From Eledone cirrhosa (taxonomy: Eukaryota): DNA of 64,000 bases. Location of the stretch: NCBI GenBank assembly GCA_964016885.1, contig OZ024764.1:5208001-5272000 (forward strand). Reading direction: 5' to 3'. The translations under genes were made by a program, and so were the position numbers. Positions 21,174 to 36,317 of this stretch are shown in pieces. The notes beneath the pieces are model-generated. The model was not told where the DNA came from, did no database searches, and saw nothing but the letters and a program-made list of their open reading frames with translations. Numbering within the stretch: the first letter of the stretch is position 1; each line of letters starts with the position of its first letter.

Positions 21174-22020
21174 GTGTTACCTTAACAAACTGTCTAACCA
21201 TTGTTTAATCTGCTCCTTCCTCTACCTCTCCCTTTATACACACACACACATATATACCCCTATATATATATGTATACACACACACACACAAATATATACA
21301 CATATATACATATATATATACACACATATATATATAATCACATATATATATACATATATACAAGCGAGACACGGCCTGCTGACCAATCTCGCCTTAAGTG
21401 GGACAAAACCGTCCAACCCATGCTAGCATGGAAGATGGACTTTAAATGATGATGATATATACACACTGACACATATATATATACATATATATATACACAT
21501 ATATATACGCATATATTTATATATATATATGAGTTCAAGTCCGCCGAGGTTAACTTTGCCTTTCATCTTTACGAGGTCGATAAAATAAAGTACCAGTGGT
21601 GTACTGGGGTAATCGCTGGCCTTGTGCCAAAAGTAGAAACTATAATTATATATATATAACCAAAGATTAATATAGTTCGTTGATTACTCAACGAATACAG
21701 TTGTACAATAGATTAGAAGAACTCAACAGTGAAAGTTTTCCTGGACTTTTTAATATTAACAAATGAAAAATATTCTCATAATCAAAATATATACTTTATT
21801 ATATACATTTCAAAGGTATATGACATACCTCTACGGTCTTGATTCTTCAATTCCAGTATTGCAGTCACTGCCAATACTGGAATTGAAGAATCAAGACCGT
21901 AGCGCTATGTCATAATCATATATTTTGTCTGATGAGGACGTACTGAAAAAACAACAATATATATAATATAGTATATATTTTGATTATGCGAATATTTTTC
22001 ATTTGTTAACATTTTGAATA

Positions 22021-22068
<48 letters not shown>

Positions 22069-22176
22069 AGGTAAAATTAATAATGAAAGAGTTGCAAGCC
22101 TTTAAAACATATCTTTATAAAGCTCTTACATATGTTATATATATATATATATATATCTATATATATATATATATAT

Positions 22177-22210
<34 letters not shown>

Positions 22211-23820
22211 TCATTATCATTTTATGTCCGCTTTTCCCTGCTTGCAAGGGTTGGGCTCTCACCACCACTGGCCATGTTTTTTGTGGTCTTCCTTTTACTG
22301 GGATTTTTTAGCACCTCTTTACCCAGCAGTCATCCTCGATGCGCATCACTTGTCCATACCATCTCAGTCTTCTCTCCTGCACACCACAACTTATCCCCAG
22401 TTTCTCTCTCAACTCATCTATGGTCTTGTCGTTCACGCACATTGACACACACACACATACACATATATATATTAATTCTATTGACTGATTAATAGCTCTT
22501 GTTAATTTTAAAACTATTCTGTTGAGAGCTTAATTCGTTCTGTGATATTGTGCAATTTTGCAATAACACACATACTGAATTCATACGCCAAAACTAAGGG
22601 CTGCCCCCCCCCCCCCTTGTGAAGCCCCACGTGGGTTTTGATAACGGTCAGTCCTTGACATTATTTGTCTAAGTAGACAGTACTTGATTTAGGAGTTGCA
22701 GAAACCCAATACTGGATATTACCAACCTTCCAGGGGTCCGGGTATAATTTTCCATCATATTTTATTTGTTTTACTCGAATTACTTGGTCGTGTCTATGGC
22801 TGTGCGGATAATTGTTTAACCATCGTCTCAGTGTGTTTGGCCTTTTAACTTATGTTGTTGCTCTAGTTCACTAGCTTCTATGGAGCGCTTGCCACACATC
22901 TCGGAAGTTGTTTTTCGTTAATTTCCAATAGCAGAAATGCAATTCTCGCTAATTTATATATATATATATATATACACGTATAAGGGATAACAAAATATCG
23001 TTATAGGTAATCCAGGTAGAAGTTGTGAATACTCTGTATTGTGGTTAGTCTTAGTCTACGGCGTTGTTTGACTCAACAAGAGGTTTCCGTAGGTGGCAAG
23101 TATTTGAGTTCTCTTGAATTCCTATGTAAGTTTATCTTGGAGTAATAATATTGAAAGTGTGAAGAATAACATGGTCAACAGTACAAAAGAAGGTTTTTAT
23201 TTACAGTATTAACAATTGTTTCACTGATTAAGTTGTCTAAAAATCGCTGAAAACTTAAAGCTGTGCCACTCAATCTACTATATATATTGGAAGTGGTCGG
23301 ACGTTGTATATTTAAGTAAATAAGTAGGTGTAGTCGGATAAACGTCGAAACGGCTTGGTGGAATGCAGCGAAAATTTACACAGTTATGCAGAATTGTAGC
23401 AGTTAATGATGATATATATGTAAAAGAAATAGGATTTCGCTTCAAGCATATCTTTATACAATATGTATAAATATTTTGTATCTCCAAAGAAATACGGTTT
23501 TAGGAAGCCTTAGCTCTGCAAACCCTGGGGGGCAAACGTCCTCTGGTGATGTCCAGCAGAAGCAAGGGGGACAACCGTCTATGCATTTCAGGCTTAACTG
23601 ACCATCGTCTGGACAGTCCCTCCCACTGCTTGCGACTGCTGGCCAGTTAAGCGTGAAATGCATAGACGGTTGTCCCCCTTGCTTCTGCTGGACATCACCA
23701 GAGGCCTTGAAACCCTAAGTCCCTTTTGCTCTGTGTATGAACAGAAATAAATAATGTAATATATATATATGTATGTGTGTGTATCTATTTATATATTTAA
23801 CTATTTTTTTCTCATTACAG

Positions 23821-23853
23821 CAACCTTCTTATGATAGATTACAAGAAATTTAT
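23821..23853 (+). CDS. Candidate micro-exon E1 (33 nt), NLLMIDYKKF(M)
   Basis: AG|...|GTAAGT; one substitution relative to the 462 copy (TTA>ATA, L>I). Confidence 0.6.
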
Positions 23854-24682
23854 GTAAGTGTTACCTTAACAAACTGTCTAACCATTGTTTAATCTGCTCC
23901 TCCCTCTACCTCTCCCTTTATACACACACACATATATACCCCTATATATATATGTATACACACACACACACAAATATATACACATATATACATATATATA
24001 TACACACACATATATATACATATATACAAGCGAGACACGGCCTGCTGACCAATCTCGTCTTAAGTGGGACAAAACCGTCCAACCCATGCTAGCATGGAAG
24101 ATGGACTTTAAATGATGATGATATATATACACTGACACATATATATACATATATACAAATATATATACGCATATATCTATATATATATATATGAGTTCAA
24201 GTCCACCGAGGTTAACTTTGCCTTTCATCTTTACGAGGTCGATAAAATAAAGTACCAGTGGTGCACTGGGGTAATCGCTGGCCTTGTGCCATAAGTAGAA
24301 ACTATAATTATATATATATAACCAAAGATTAATATAGTTCGTTGATTACTCAACGAATACAGTTGTACAATAGATTAGAAGAACTCAACAGTGAAAGTTT
24401 TCCTGGACTTTTTAATATTAACAAATGAAAAATATTCTCATAATCAAAATATATACTTTATTATATACATTTCAAAGGTATATGACATACCTCTACGGTC
24501 TTGATTCTTCAATTCCAGTATTGCAGTCACTGCCAATACTGGAATTGAAGAATCAAGACCGTAGCGCTATGTCATAATCATATATTTTGTCTGATGAGGA
24601 CGTACTGAAAAAACAACAATATATATAATATAGTATATATTTTGATTATGCGAATACTTTTCATTTGTTAACATTTTGAATA

Positions 24683-24728
<46 letters not shown>

Positions 24729-24794
24729 AGGTAAAATGAATAATGAAAGAGTTGCAAGCCTTTAAAACATATCTTTATAAAGCTCTTACATATG

Positions 24795-24832
<38 letters not shown>

Positions 24833-25819
24833 TCATTATCATTTTATGTCCGCTTTTCCCTGCTTGCAAGGGTAGGGCTCTCACCACCACTGGCCATGTT
24901 TTTCGTGGTCTTCCTTTTACTGGGATTTTTTAGCACCTCTTTACCCAGCGGTCATCCTCGATGCGCATCACTTGTCCATACCATCTCAGTCTTCTCTCCT
25001 GCACACCACAACTCATCCCCAGTTTCTCTCTCAACTCATCTATGGTCTTGTCGTTCACGCATATTGACACACACACACACACACACATATATATATTAAT
25101 TCTATTGACTGATTAATAGCTCTTGTTAATTTTAAAACCATTCTGTTGAGAGCTTAATTCGTTTTGTGATATTTTGCAATAACACACATACTGAATTCAT
25201 CCGCCAAAACTAAGGGTTGCCCCCCCCCCCCCCCCCCTGTGAAGCCCCACGTGGGTTTTGATAACGGTCAGTCCTTGGCTTGGCACTGAACTAAAAGCCT
25301 GTTGCAAAAGTGACTTCCTTGTTCGATCATCATACAAAAAGCTTAACATTATTTGTCTAAGTAGACAGTACTTGATTTAGGAGTTGCAGAAACCCAATAC
25401 TGGATATTACCAACCTTCCAGGGGTCCGGGTATAATTTTCCATCATATTTTATTTGTTTTACTCGAATTACTTGGTCGTGTCTATGGCTGTGTGGATAAT
25501 TGTTTAACCATCGTCTCAGTGCGTTTGGCCTTTTAACTTACGTTGTTGCTCTAGTTCACTAGCTTCTATGGAGCGTTTCCCACACATCTCGGAAGTTGTT
25601 TTTCGTTAATTTCCAATAGCAGAAATGCAATTCTCGCTAATTTATATATATATATATATATACACGTATAAGGGATAACAAAATATCGTTATAGGTAATC
25701 CAGTTAGAGGTTGTGAATACTCTGTATTGTGGTTAGTCTTAGTCTACGGCGTTGTTTGACTCAACAAGAGGTTTCCGTAGGTGGCAAGTATTTGAGTTCT
25801 CTTGAATTCCTATGTAAGT

Positions 25820-28306
25820 TTTGTTGTACACCAGTTACCATAACTCTAGCAACCCATCACATTTATTTCTACTGAATCTCATATTTGTTAAGTTTAACGT
25901 AGAGATTATAGTAATATCAATGTCTTGCTGTAGCTTATAGGGTAGGTTACCATAGGGTAGGTTACTGTAGGGTAGGTTACCATAGGGTAGATAGTGTCTG
26001 GTAGGTTACCATAGGGTAGGTTACGATAGGGTAGGATAGTGTTTGGTAGGTTACCATAGGGTAGGTTACTGTAGGGTAGGTTACGATAGGGTAGGATACT
26101 GTAGGGTAAGTTACTGGAGCGTAGGTTACGATAGGGTAGGTTACCATTGGGTAGGTTACCATTGGGTAGGTTATTATAGGGTAGGTTACCACAGGGTAGG
26201 TTACCATAGAATAGGTTACTGTAGGGTATTTTACCATAGGGTATGTTACCATAGGGTAGGTTACCTTAAGGTAGGTTACCATAGGTAGGTTACCTTAGGG
26301 TAGGTGACCATAGTGTAGGTTACCATAGATTAGGTTCTGTATGGTAGGTTAGGTTACTATAGGGTAGGTTACCATAGGGTAGGTTACGATAGGGTAGGTT
26401 ACCATAGCGTAGGTTACTATTGGGTAGGTTACCATAGGGTAGGTTACTGTAGGTTAGGTTACGTAGGGTTGGTTACCATAGGGTAGGTTGCCATAGAGTA
26501 GGTTATTATAGGGTAGGTTACCATAAGGTAGATTACCTCAGGGTAGGTTACTGTAGGGTAGGTTACCATGGGGTAGGTTACCATAGGGTAGGTTACCATA
26601 GTGTAGGTTACCTTAAATTAGGTTACCACAGGATAAGTTACCATATGGTAGGTTACTGTAGGTTAGGTTACCATAGGTCAGGTTACCATAGGGTAGGTTA
26701 CTATAGGTTGCTACCATTGGGTAGGTTACTGTAGGGTAACATAGGTTACCATAGTGTAGGTTAATATAACATAGGTCACCATAGTGTAGGTTACTTTAGA
26801 TTAGGTTACCATAGGGTAGGTTACCACAGGATAGGTTACCATAGGGTAGGTTACTATAGGTTGTTACCATAGGGTAGGTTACGATATGGTTGGTTACCAT
26901 AGTGTAGGTTACTATAACATTGGTTACCATAGTGTAGGTTACCTTAATTTAGGTTACCATAGGTTAGGTTACCGTATCGTAGGTTACTGTAGGTTAGGTT
27001 ACCATAGGGTAGGTTACTATAGGGTAGGCTACCAATGATAGGTTACCATAGGGTAGGTTACCACAGGATATGTTACCATAGGGTAGGTTACTGTAGGGTA
27101 GGTTACTATAACATAGGTCACCATAGTGTAGGTTACTTTAGATTAGGTTACCATAGGGTAGGTTACCACAGGATAAGTTACCATATGGTAGGTTACTGTA
27201 GGTTGTTACCATAGGCTAGGTTACTATAACATAGGTTACCAAAGTGTAGGTTTCTATAGGTTGTTACCATAGGGTAGGTTACTGTAGGGTAGGTTACCAT
27301 AGGTTAGGTTACCATAGTGTAGGTTACCGTAGGGTAGGTTACTGTAGGGTAGGTTACTGTAGGGTAGGATACTGTAGGGTAGGTTACCATAGGGTAGGAT
27401 ACTGTAGGGTAGGTTACTGTAGGGTAGGTTACTGTAGGGTAGGATACTGTAGGGTAGGTTACTGTAGGGTAGGATACTGTAGGGTAGGTTACCGTAGGGT
27501 AGGTTACTGTAGGGTAGGTTACCATAGGGTAGGATACTGTAGGGTAGGTTACTGTAGGGTAGGATACTGTAGGGTAGGATACTGTAGGGTAGGTTACCAT
27601 AGGGTAGGATACTGTAGGGTAGGATACTGTAGGGTAGGATACTGTAGGGTAGGATACTGTAGGGTAGGATACTGTAGGGTAGGTTACTGTAGGGTAGGTT
27701 ACCGTAGGGTAGGTTACTGTAGGGTAGGTTACCATAGGGTAGGATACTGTAGCGTAGGTTACTGTAGTGTAGGTTACCATAGGGTAGGTTATTATAGTAT
27801 AGGTTACCGTAGGGTAGGTTTCCATGAAGTAGGTGACCATAGGGTAGGTTACTATAAGTAAGGTTACCATAGGGTAGGTTTCCATGAAGTAGGTTACCAC
27901 AGGGTAGGTTAACATAAATTAGGTTACCTTAGGGTAGGTTACCATAAGTTAGGTTACCATAGGGTAGGTTTCCACAAGGTATTAACATAAAGTAGGTTAC
28001 CATAAGTTAGGTTACCATAGGGTAGGTTACCATAAGTTAGGTTACCAGAGGGTAGGTTACCATAGGTTTGTTAAGGTTAGGCTAGGCTGGTCTACTCGGT
28101 GAGTTAAAACTCACTTGTGACTGTAGTGTTTTAGAATAAGTGTCTTAATCTTTCGTGCACCACTAAATTTTTTAACTATTTCCCCTGAAACTGCCTTATT
28201 TTGGGGAGGTTATCTTATCAATCGAATAGCGTCCTAAATCTAAATTACACCTCAGAATTTTAGGGGCCACGCTATGTACCGGATAGACTTGTACACCGGC
28301 ATATAT
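25820..28306 (+). mobile_element. Left-truncated minisatellite-bearing pogo-like element (unit 2)
   Basis: Copy of 2475-4930; 15-bp array at ~25936-28085. Confidence 0.6.
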
Positions 28307-28645
28307 ATATATGCAAAGAGAGCGAGAGAAACAGCGGGAGTGAGAGAGATACATTAAAACAATAACAGAGGTCTGACTGGAGAATTTACTTTAGAATTTT
28401 AAGAGAAAAGAGGAAGGTTTCAGACTTCTGGAATTCCTTCACGAAAATGTCCTATTTATCTGTAACACAAACTTCAAAAAATGAGACAACCACTTAATAA
28501 CCTATAGATCATGTGAGCCCACCAGCTAGATAGATTTCCTTGTTACCATAAGACAGAGTGACTGTTATAAAAACAAAGTCCCTCCCTAGTGAAGAATGCA
28601 CCTCCCAACATACCTTAGGAGACAACCTGGAAGAAAAGAGTATAG

Positions 28646-29645
28646 ATCAAAATCAAAAGGTCTTAAAGTCAATTTGGTAAAGACTAAAGTTCTAGTAAGT
28701 AGAAAGGAAAACTGGGCCCAGATCTCTTCAGGTAAACTGTCCTGCTCTGTGTGCAGAAAAGGAGTAGGTAGAAATTCCATCCTATGTCCCATATAGAAAT
28801 GATGGGTACACAAAAGATGTTGTGGGATCTCAGGAAGGCTAACAAAGAATGTAGCTTCTACATGTGGCCAATGAACAGGAGCAGGAAATATCAAGAGCTC
28901 TCGGGTTACAATCTCCTTCAAATACCCAGAAGTCTCTGTAGAGGTGGTAGATAGTTTCTGTTACCTAGGTGACTAAATCAGCAGTGGAGTAGGGTGGTCC
29001 CAAAACTCAGTAACAAGAGTGAGATTAGATTGGAGAAAGTGCAGGGATCTACTACTACTGCTAACTACAAAAGGTTTTTCCCTCAAAATGAAGGGCAGAC
29101 TGTATGATGCAGGTATACAAACAACAATGTTGCACAGCAGCGAGACCTGGGCACTGTGTGTAGAAGATCTGTAAAGATTGGAAAGAAATGAAGCCTCCAT
29201 GCTTCAATGGATGTGCCATAGTAATATAGGCAAATGGCAAAACATAAATGTACTGTGAGAGAAATAGGCATAAGAGGGATTAGATGCAGTGTGCAGGAGA
29301 GGGATTGTTTTGGTATAGAAATGTGATGTGTATGAAGGGTGACAGCTGTATAAAAAGGTGCCAAACGCACAAAGTTGACAGAGGCCGTGGAGTGGGCAGG
29401 TCTAGGAAGACTTGGGATGAGGTAAGGAAAGCTGACTTTGCACAATTACACCTAGCTAAGGCAATGACACAGGATGGAGACCTCTGGCGCTATGCACAAT
29501 TATAGTGGACTACATCCACAATCCACCAGACATTTTCCCTACCAACACCCCACACAAGTTCCCAAACCTCACCATAAAGTGGTCCCGCTGCAGCCATGAC
29601 AAACGTGTCCAGTCCACACTGTACAGTGGTCTTGTAGGTGTCCTG
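28646..29645 (+). pseudogene. Decayed RTE LINE fragment (unit 2)
   Basis: Copy of 5270-6270. Confidence 0.87.
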
Positions 29646-29923
29646 CCAAAAATTAATATTGGGCCTTAAAACCTTGAGTGCCTTTTGTTCTGTGTATGAA
29701 CATAAATAATTGTTTCTACTTTTGGCACAAGGCCAGCAATTATCCAGTGCATTACTGGTACTTTATTTTATCGACCCCGTAAGGATGAAAGGCAAAGTTA
29801 ACCTCGGCGGGATTTGAACTCAGATCGGAAAGGGAAGTAACTAAATAAATAATGTAATATATATATATATGTATTTGTGTGTGTATCTATTTATATATTT
29901 AACTATATTTTTTGTAATCACAG

Positions 29924-29965
29924 GACTGATACAGAGGAGAGTATCGCTCCAGAAAAGAATGACGA
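29924..29965 (+). CDS. Candidate micro-exon E2 (42 nt)
   Basis: Identical to 6549-6590 with AG/GTAAGT boundaries. Confidence 0.68.
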
Positions 29966-30038
29966 GTAAGTTTTAGTTTTACATACTATCTAACCATTAT
30001 TCTATCTGTTCCTTCCCATCTCTCTCTCTCTCTCTCTT

Positions 30039-30070
<32 letters not shown>

Positions 30071-30302
30071 GTAAGGTGTATTACTGGCTGTGTAAAACGG
30101 TCCAATAAATTTTTGTTAGCAATATTAAGTCCTCCACGCTTTTGTATATCTCCAATTCCATTCAAGGGAACAGCTAGATGATGTAAAACGGAGTATTTGT
30201 ATCAAAATGAAAATCCGAAGGCAAGGTAAAATTTCCAATCATTTTAATCACGTTGTGATTAAAATGATTGGAAATCTTACCTTCCTTTGGATTTTCATTT
30301 TG

Positions 30303-30336
<34 letters not shown>

Positions 30337-31254
30337 GACTCTGTCTCTTATAAACCACGTTGGCTATTATGACACTCTCTCCAACATAGAGAGCTATGTT
30401 GGCTAATATGACTCTCTCTCTCCCTCTCTATGTTGGCTATTATGACTCTCTCTCTCTCCCTCTCTATGTTGGCTATTATGACTATCTCTCTCTATGTTGG
30501 CTATAATGACTCTCTCTCTCTATTTATGTTGGCTATTATGACTCTCTCTCTCTCTCTCTCTCCCTCCCTCCCTCTCTATGTTGGCTATTATGACTCTCTC
30601 TCTCCCTCTCTATGTTGGCTATTATGACTCTCTCTCTCTCTATGTTGGCTATAATGACTCTCTCTCTCTCTATGTTGGCTATTATGACTCTCTCTCTCTC
30701 TATGTTGGCTATTATGACTCTCCCACTCTATGTTGGCTATTATGACTCTCTCTCTCTCTATGTTGGCTATAATGACTCTCTCTCTCTCTATGTTGGCTAT
30801 AATGACTCTCCCACTCTATGTTGGCTATTATGACTCTCTCTCTCTCTATGTTGGCTATAATGACTCTCTCTCTCTCTATGTTGGCTATTATGTCTCTCTC
30901 TGTTCAAGCTTTATGAAGTTAGTTGAACATCTTCAAAGTCCTCCCATATTCGCCTTGTCTAATATGCGTTCTTGTACCTGATTATTTCCCCCAAATCTCC
31001 TGGGAAGTTATAAGCCATGATGGCTACCTATCTCACAATTTCTCTCCTGCCCACCCCCTCACACCACCATAGTCTATTCGACCAATCAAACCTCAGAAAC
31101 ATGTCCCCACCCATTACCAACCCCAACAAACTCTGCCATTACTACTACTTCTACTTTTCTTCTAGCCCTTACCAGCCCCAACAAACCCTGACATTATTAC
31201 TACTATTGTCCTTCTAGCTATGGGCTGAGGATAAATGGGGCTACCCCAAATTAA

Positions 31255-32644
31255 TAAATGAATATGAATCCGCGAGTTACCAAGCACCCATGCAAAGCTT
31301 TAATTCAGAGACAGGAAGCATACACACCCCACTGCAAAAATTCACCCTTTCCCACGAGTGGTGGCAAATGCCCAAAACTCCGAGTTGGAACCATCAATGT
31401 AAGCACAATGAAAGGAAGAGCAGGAGAAATTGTAGAGATGCTAGAGCGAAAGAAAATTGATGTATGCTGTGTGCAAGAGACTAGATGGAGAGCAGAGTCC
31501 GCTGGAGTCCTTGCAGGCAGAAGTCAGTGCTACCAACTTGTCTGGGTAGCAAATGACAACAGGATGGGAGGTGTAGCTATCCTATTAGCTGACAAATGGG
31601 TAGATAAGGTAATCTCAGTGAACAGGGTGAATGCAAGAATAATGAAACTTGGACAAGTCCTGAATAAAACAATTGCCACAATAATATCAGCTTACGCACC
31701 CCAATTGGGGTTGCCAGCTGACTATAGCGGGGAATTTAGTTTAGAGGTCGGTGTCCACCAGGGCTCTGTTCTTAGCCCACTCCTGTTCGTTGAAGTATTG
31801 CAAGCAATAACGGAGGTGATTATGACCGGTGCCCATGGGAACTCCTATATGCGGATCATCTCACACTTATAGCCGAATCTATGGTGGAACTATACTTGCT
31901 CAGTATGTAGAAAAGGAGTAGGCTGGCTGCAAAAGGCTTTCCCCTCAAAATGAAAAGCAGACTGTATGATGTGGGTATACGAATAGCAATGTTACATAGT
32001 AGTGAAACCTGGGCGCCGTCTGTGGAAGAATTGCATAGATTAGAAAGAAATGAAGCCTGCATGCTCCGATGGATGTGTAATAGTAATATACGCAAACGGC
32101 AAAGCATAAATGAATTGAGAGAGTGACTGAGCATAAGAGGAATGAAATGCTGTGTGCAGGAGAGGAGGTTGCATTGGACATGTGATGCGTATGAAGGATG
32201 ACAGCTGTATAAAAAGGTGTAGAGCAGTAGAAGTCGATGGAAGCCGTAGAGTGGGGAGACCCAAGAAGAGCTGGGATGAGGTGATAAAAGCCGACCTTAC
32301 CCAGTTGCACCTCTCAAAGGCGATGACACAGGACCGTCACCTCTGGCATCAAGCAGTAATACAGAAGACCTGACTCCCCAGGGCTACAAGCGGAAGCTGA
32401 AGCGTATGCTCCCACCCTCTCCGACTGTACAGTGGACGTATAGGCGCCACAGACAAAAAGCACCCAGGACTCACTGTAAATGAGGTTGGTGTTAGGAAGG
32501 GCATCCAGCTGTAGGAATCAAGCCAGAATCAGTTCCTGTATGAGCAAGACAAGGTCAGCTGAACAGACACTGCCCACAACAGGACAACCCGTCTAACCCA
32601 TGCTAGCGTGGAAGAATGGACGTAAAACAGTGATGAAGATGATA
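31255..32644 (+). pseudogene. Internally deleted RTE LINE (unit 2)
   Basis: ORF 31258-31872 with APE and RT motifs. Confidence 0.9.
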
Positions 32645-34825
32645 TATCATATATGCCAGTGTACAAGTTGACATTTGGAGCCTAAAAATATCTCTCCAAA
32701 ACCAGGGGTCGACTTGTCTGCTGAATATAGTATGTTACCTTTACCACTGAGGGGTATACAGTGAAACTGCCTGCCCAACACTTGTTGTACACCACTTACC
32801 ATAACTCTAGCAACCCACCACATTTATTTCTACTGAATCTCATATTTGTTAAGTTTAACGTAGAGATTATAGTAATATCAATGTCTTGCTGTAGCTTATA
32901 GGGTAGGTTACTGTTGGGTAGGTTACTGTAGCGTAGGTTACCATAGGGTAGGATAGTGTCTGGTAGGTTACCATAGGGTAGGTTACTGTAGGGTAGGTTA
33001 CGATAGGGCAGGATACTGTAGGGTAAGTTACTGGAGGGTAGGTTACCATAGGGTAGGTTACCGTAGGGTAGGTTACCATTGGGTAGGTTATTATAGGGTA
33101 GGTTACCACAGGGTAGGTGACCATAGAATAGGTTACTGTAGGGTATTTTACCATAGGGTATGTTACCATAGGGTAGGTTACCTTATGGTAGGTTACCTTA
33201 AGGTAGGTTACCATAGGTTAAGTTACCATAGGGTAGGTTACCTTAGGGTAGGTGACCATAGTGTAGGCTACCATAGGTTAGGTTCTGTATGGTAGGTTAG
33301 GTTACTATAGGGTAGGTTACCATAGGGTAGGTTACGATAGGGTTAGTTACCATAGGGTAGGTTACCATAGCGTAGGTTACTATTGGGTAGGTTACCATAG
33401 GGTAGGTTACTGTAGGTTAGGTTACGTAGGGTAGGTTACCATAGGGTAGGTTGCCATAGAGTAGGTTATTATAGGGTAGGTTACCATAAGGTAGATTACC
33501 TCAGGGTATGTTACCATATGGTAGGTTACCATAGGGTAGGTTACTGTAGGGTAGGTTACCATAGTGTAGGATACCTTAAATTAGGTTACCACAGGAAAAG
33601 TTACCATATGGTAGGTTACTGTAGGTTAGGTTACCATAGGGTAGGTTATCATAGGTTAGGTTACCAAAGGGTAGGTTACTATAGGTTGTTACCATTGGGT
33701 AGGTTACTGTAGGGTAACATAGGTTACCATAGTGTAGGTTAATATAACATAGGTCACCATAGTGTAGGTTACCTTAGATTAGGTTACCACAGGATAGGTT
33801 ACCATATGGTAGGTTACTGTAGGTTAGGTCACCATAGGGTAGGTTACTATAGGGTAGGCTACTATAGGTTGTTACTATAGGGTAGGCTACTATAGGTTGT
33901 TACCATAGGGTAGGTTACTATAGATTGTTACCATAGAGTAGGTTACAATATGGTTGGTTACCATAGTGTAGGTTACTATAACATTGGTTACCATAGTGTA
34001 GGTTACCTTAATTTAGGTTACCATAGGTTAGGTTACCGTATCGTAGGTTACTGTAGGTTAGGTTACAATAGGGTAGGTTACTATAGGGTAGGCTACCAAT
34101 GATAGGTTATGATGGGTTAGGTTCCATAGGGTAGGTTACCACAGTATATGTTACCATATGGTAGGTTAGGTTACCATAGGGTAGGTCACCATAGTGTAGG
34201 TTACTTTAGATTAGGTTACCATAGGGTAGGTTACCACAGGATAAGTTACCATATGGTAGGTTACTATAACATAGGTTACCAAAGTGTAGGTTTCTATAGG
34301 TTGTTACCATAGGGTAGGTTACTGTAGGGTAGGTTACTGTAAGGTAGGTTACCATAGGGTAGGATACTGTAGGGTAGGTTACCAGAGGGTAGGTTATTAT
34401 AGTATAGGTTACCGTAGGGTAGGTTTCCATGAAGTAGGTGACCATAGGGTAGGTTACTATAAGTTAGGTTACCATAGGGTAGGTTTCCATGAAGTAGGTT
34501 ACCACAGGGTAGGTTAACATAAATTAGGTTACCTTAGGGTAGGTTACCATAAGTTAGGTTACCATACGGTAGGTTACCATAGGTTTGTTAAGGTTAGGCT
34601 AGGCTGGTCTACACGGTGAGTTAAAACTCACTTGTGACTGTAGTGTTTTAGAAGAAGTGTCTTAATCTTTCGTGCACCACTAAATTTTTTAACTATTTCC
34701 CCTGAAACTGCCTTATTTTGGGGAGGTTATCTTATCAATCGAATAGCGTCCTAAATCTAAATTACACCTCAGAATTTTAGGGGCCACGCTATGTACCGGA
34801 TAGACTTGTACACCGGCATATATAT
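32645..34825 (+). mobile_element. Minisatellite-bearing pogo-like element (unit 2)
   Basis: Copy of 9242-11646 with 225 bp fewer repeat units. Confidence 0.7.
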
Positions 34826-35163
34826 ATATGCAAAGAGAGCGAGAGAAACAGCGGGAGTGAGAGAGATACATTAAAACAATAACAGAGGTCTGACTGGAGA
34901 ATTTACTTTAGAATTTTAAGAGAAAAGAGGAAGGTTTCAGACTTCTGGAATTCCTTCACGAAAATGTCCTATTTATCTGTAACACAAACTTCAAAAAATG
35001 AGACAACCACTTAATAACATATAGATCATGTGAGCCCACCAGCTAGATAGATTTCCTTGTTACCATAAGACAGAGTGACTGTTATAAACACAAAGTCCCT
35101 CCCCAGTGAAGAATGCACCTCCCAACATACCTTAGGAGACAAACTGGAAGAAAAGATTATAGA

Positions 35164-36250
35164 TCAAAATCAAAAGGTCTTAAAGTCAATTTGGTAAAGA
35201 CTAAAGTTCTAGTAAGTAGAAAGGAAAACAGGGCCCAGATCTCTTCAGGTAAACTGTCCTGCTCAGTGTGCAGAAAAGGAGTAGGTAAAAATTCCATCCT
35301 ATGTCCCATATAGAAATGATGGGTACACAAAAGATGTCGTGGGATCTCAGGGAGGCTAACAAAGAACGTAGCTTCTACATGTGGCCAATGAACAGGAGCA
35401 GGAAATATCAAGAGCTCTCGGGTTACAATCTCCTTCAAATACCCGAAAGTCTCTGTAGAGGTGGTAGATAGTTTCTGTTACCTAGGTGACTAAATCAGCA
35501 GTGGAGTAGGGTGGTCCCAAAACTCAGTAACAAGAGTGAGATTAGATTGGAGAAAGTGCAGGGATCTACTACTACTGCTAACTACAAAAAGTTTTTCCCT
35601 CAAAATGAAGGGCAGACTGTATGATGCAGGTATACAAACAACAATGTTGCACAGCAGCGAGACCTGGGCACTGTGTGTAGAAGATCTGTAAAGATTGGAA
35701 AGAAATGAAGCCTCCATGCTTCAATGGATGTGCCATAGTAATATATGCAAATGGCAAAACATAAATGTACTGCGAGAGAAATTAGGCATAAGAGGGGTTA
35801 GATGCAGTGTGCAGGAGAGGGATTGTTTTGGTATAGACATGTGATGTGTATGAAGGGTGACAGCTGTATAAAAAGGTGCCGAACAAACAAAGTTGACAGA
35901 AACCGTGGAGTGGGCAGGTCTAGGAAGACATGGGATGAGGTAAGGAAAGCTGACTTTGCACAATTACACCTCGCTAAGGCAATGACACAGGAGGGTGACC
36001 TCTGGCGCTATGCACAATTATAGAGGACCTGCCCTCATAAATCCACGAGCTGAGGCATATATCTAGTATGTAACACCTTCCCCACCATCATCCCTCCCAA
36101 ACACCTTCACCCCTATAACTACATCCACAATCCACCAGACATTTTCCCTACCAACACCCCACACAAGTTCCCAAACCTCACCATAAAGTGGTCCTGCTGC
36201 AGCCATGACAAATGTGCCCAGTCCACACTGTACAGTGGTCTTGTAGGTGT
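35164..36250 (+). pseudogene. Decayed RTE LINE fragment (unit 2)
   Basis: Copy of 11985-13070. Confidence 0.87.
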
Positions 36251-36317
36251 CCTGCCAAAAATCAATATTGGGCCTTAAAACCTTGAGTCCCTTTTGTTCT
36301 GTGTATGAACATAAATA

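Larger units (their letters stand above)
32..23393 (+). repeat. ~23.3-kb tandem segmental repeat, unit 1
   Basis: The same ordered content and near-identical ORFs recur at +23.2-23.4 kb and +46.4-46.6 kb (e.g. ORFs 95/23454/46624 and 5210/28586/51740). Confidence 0.97.
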
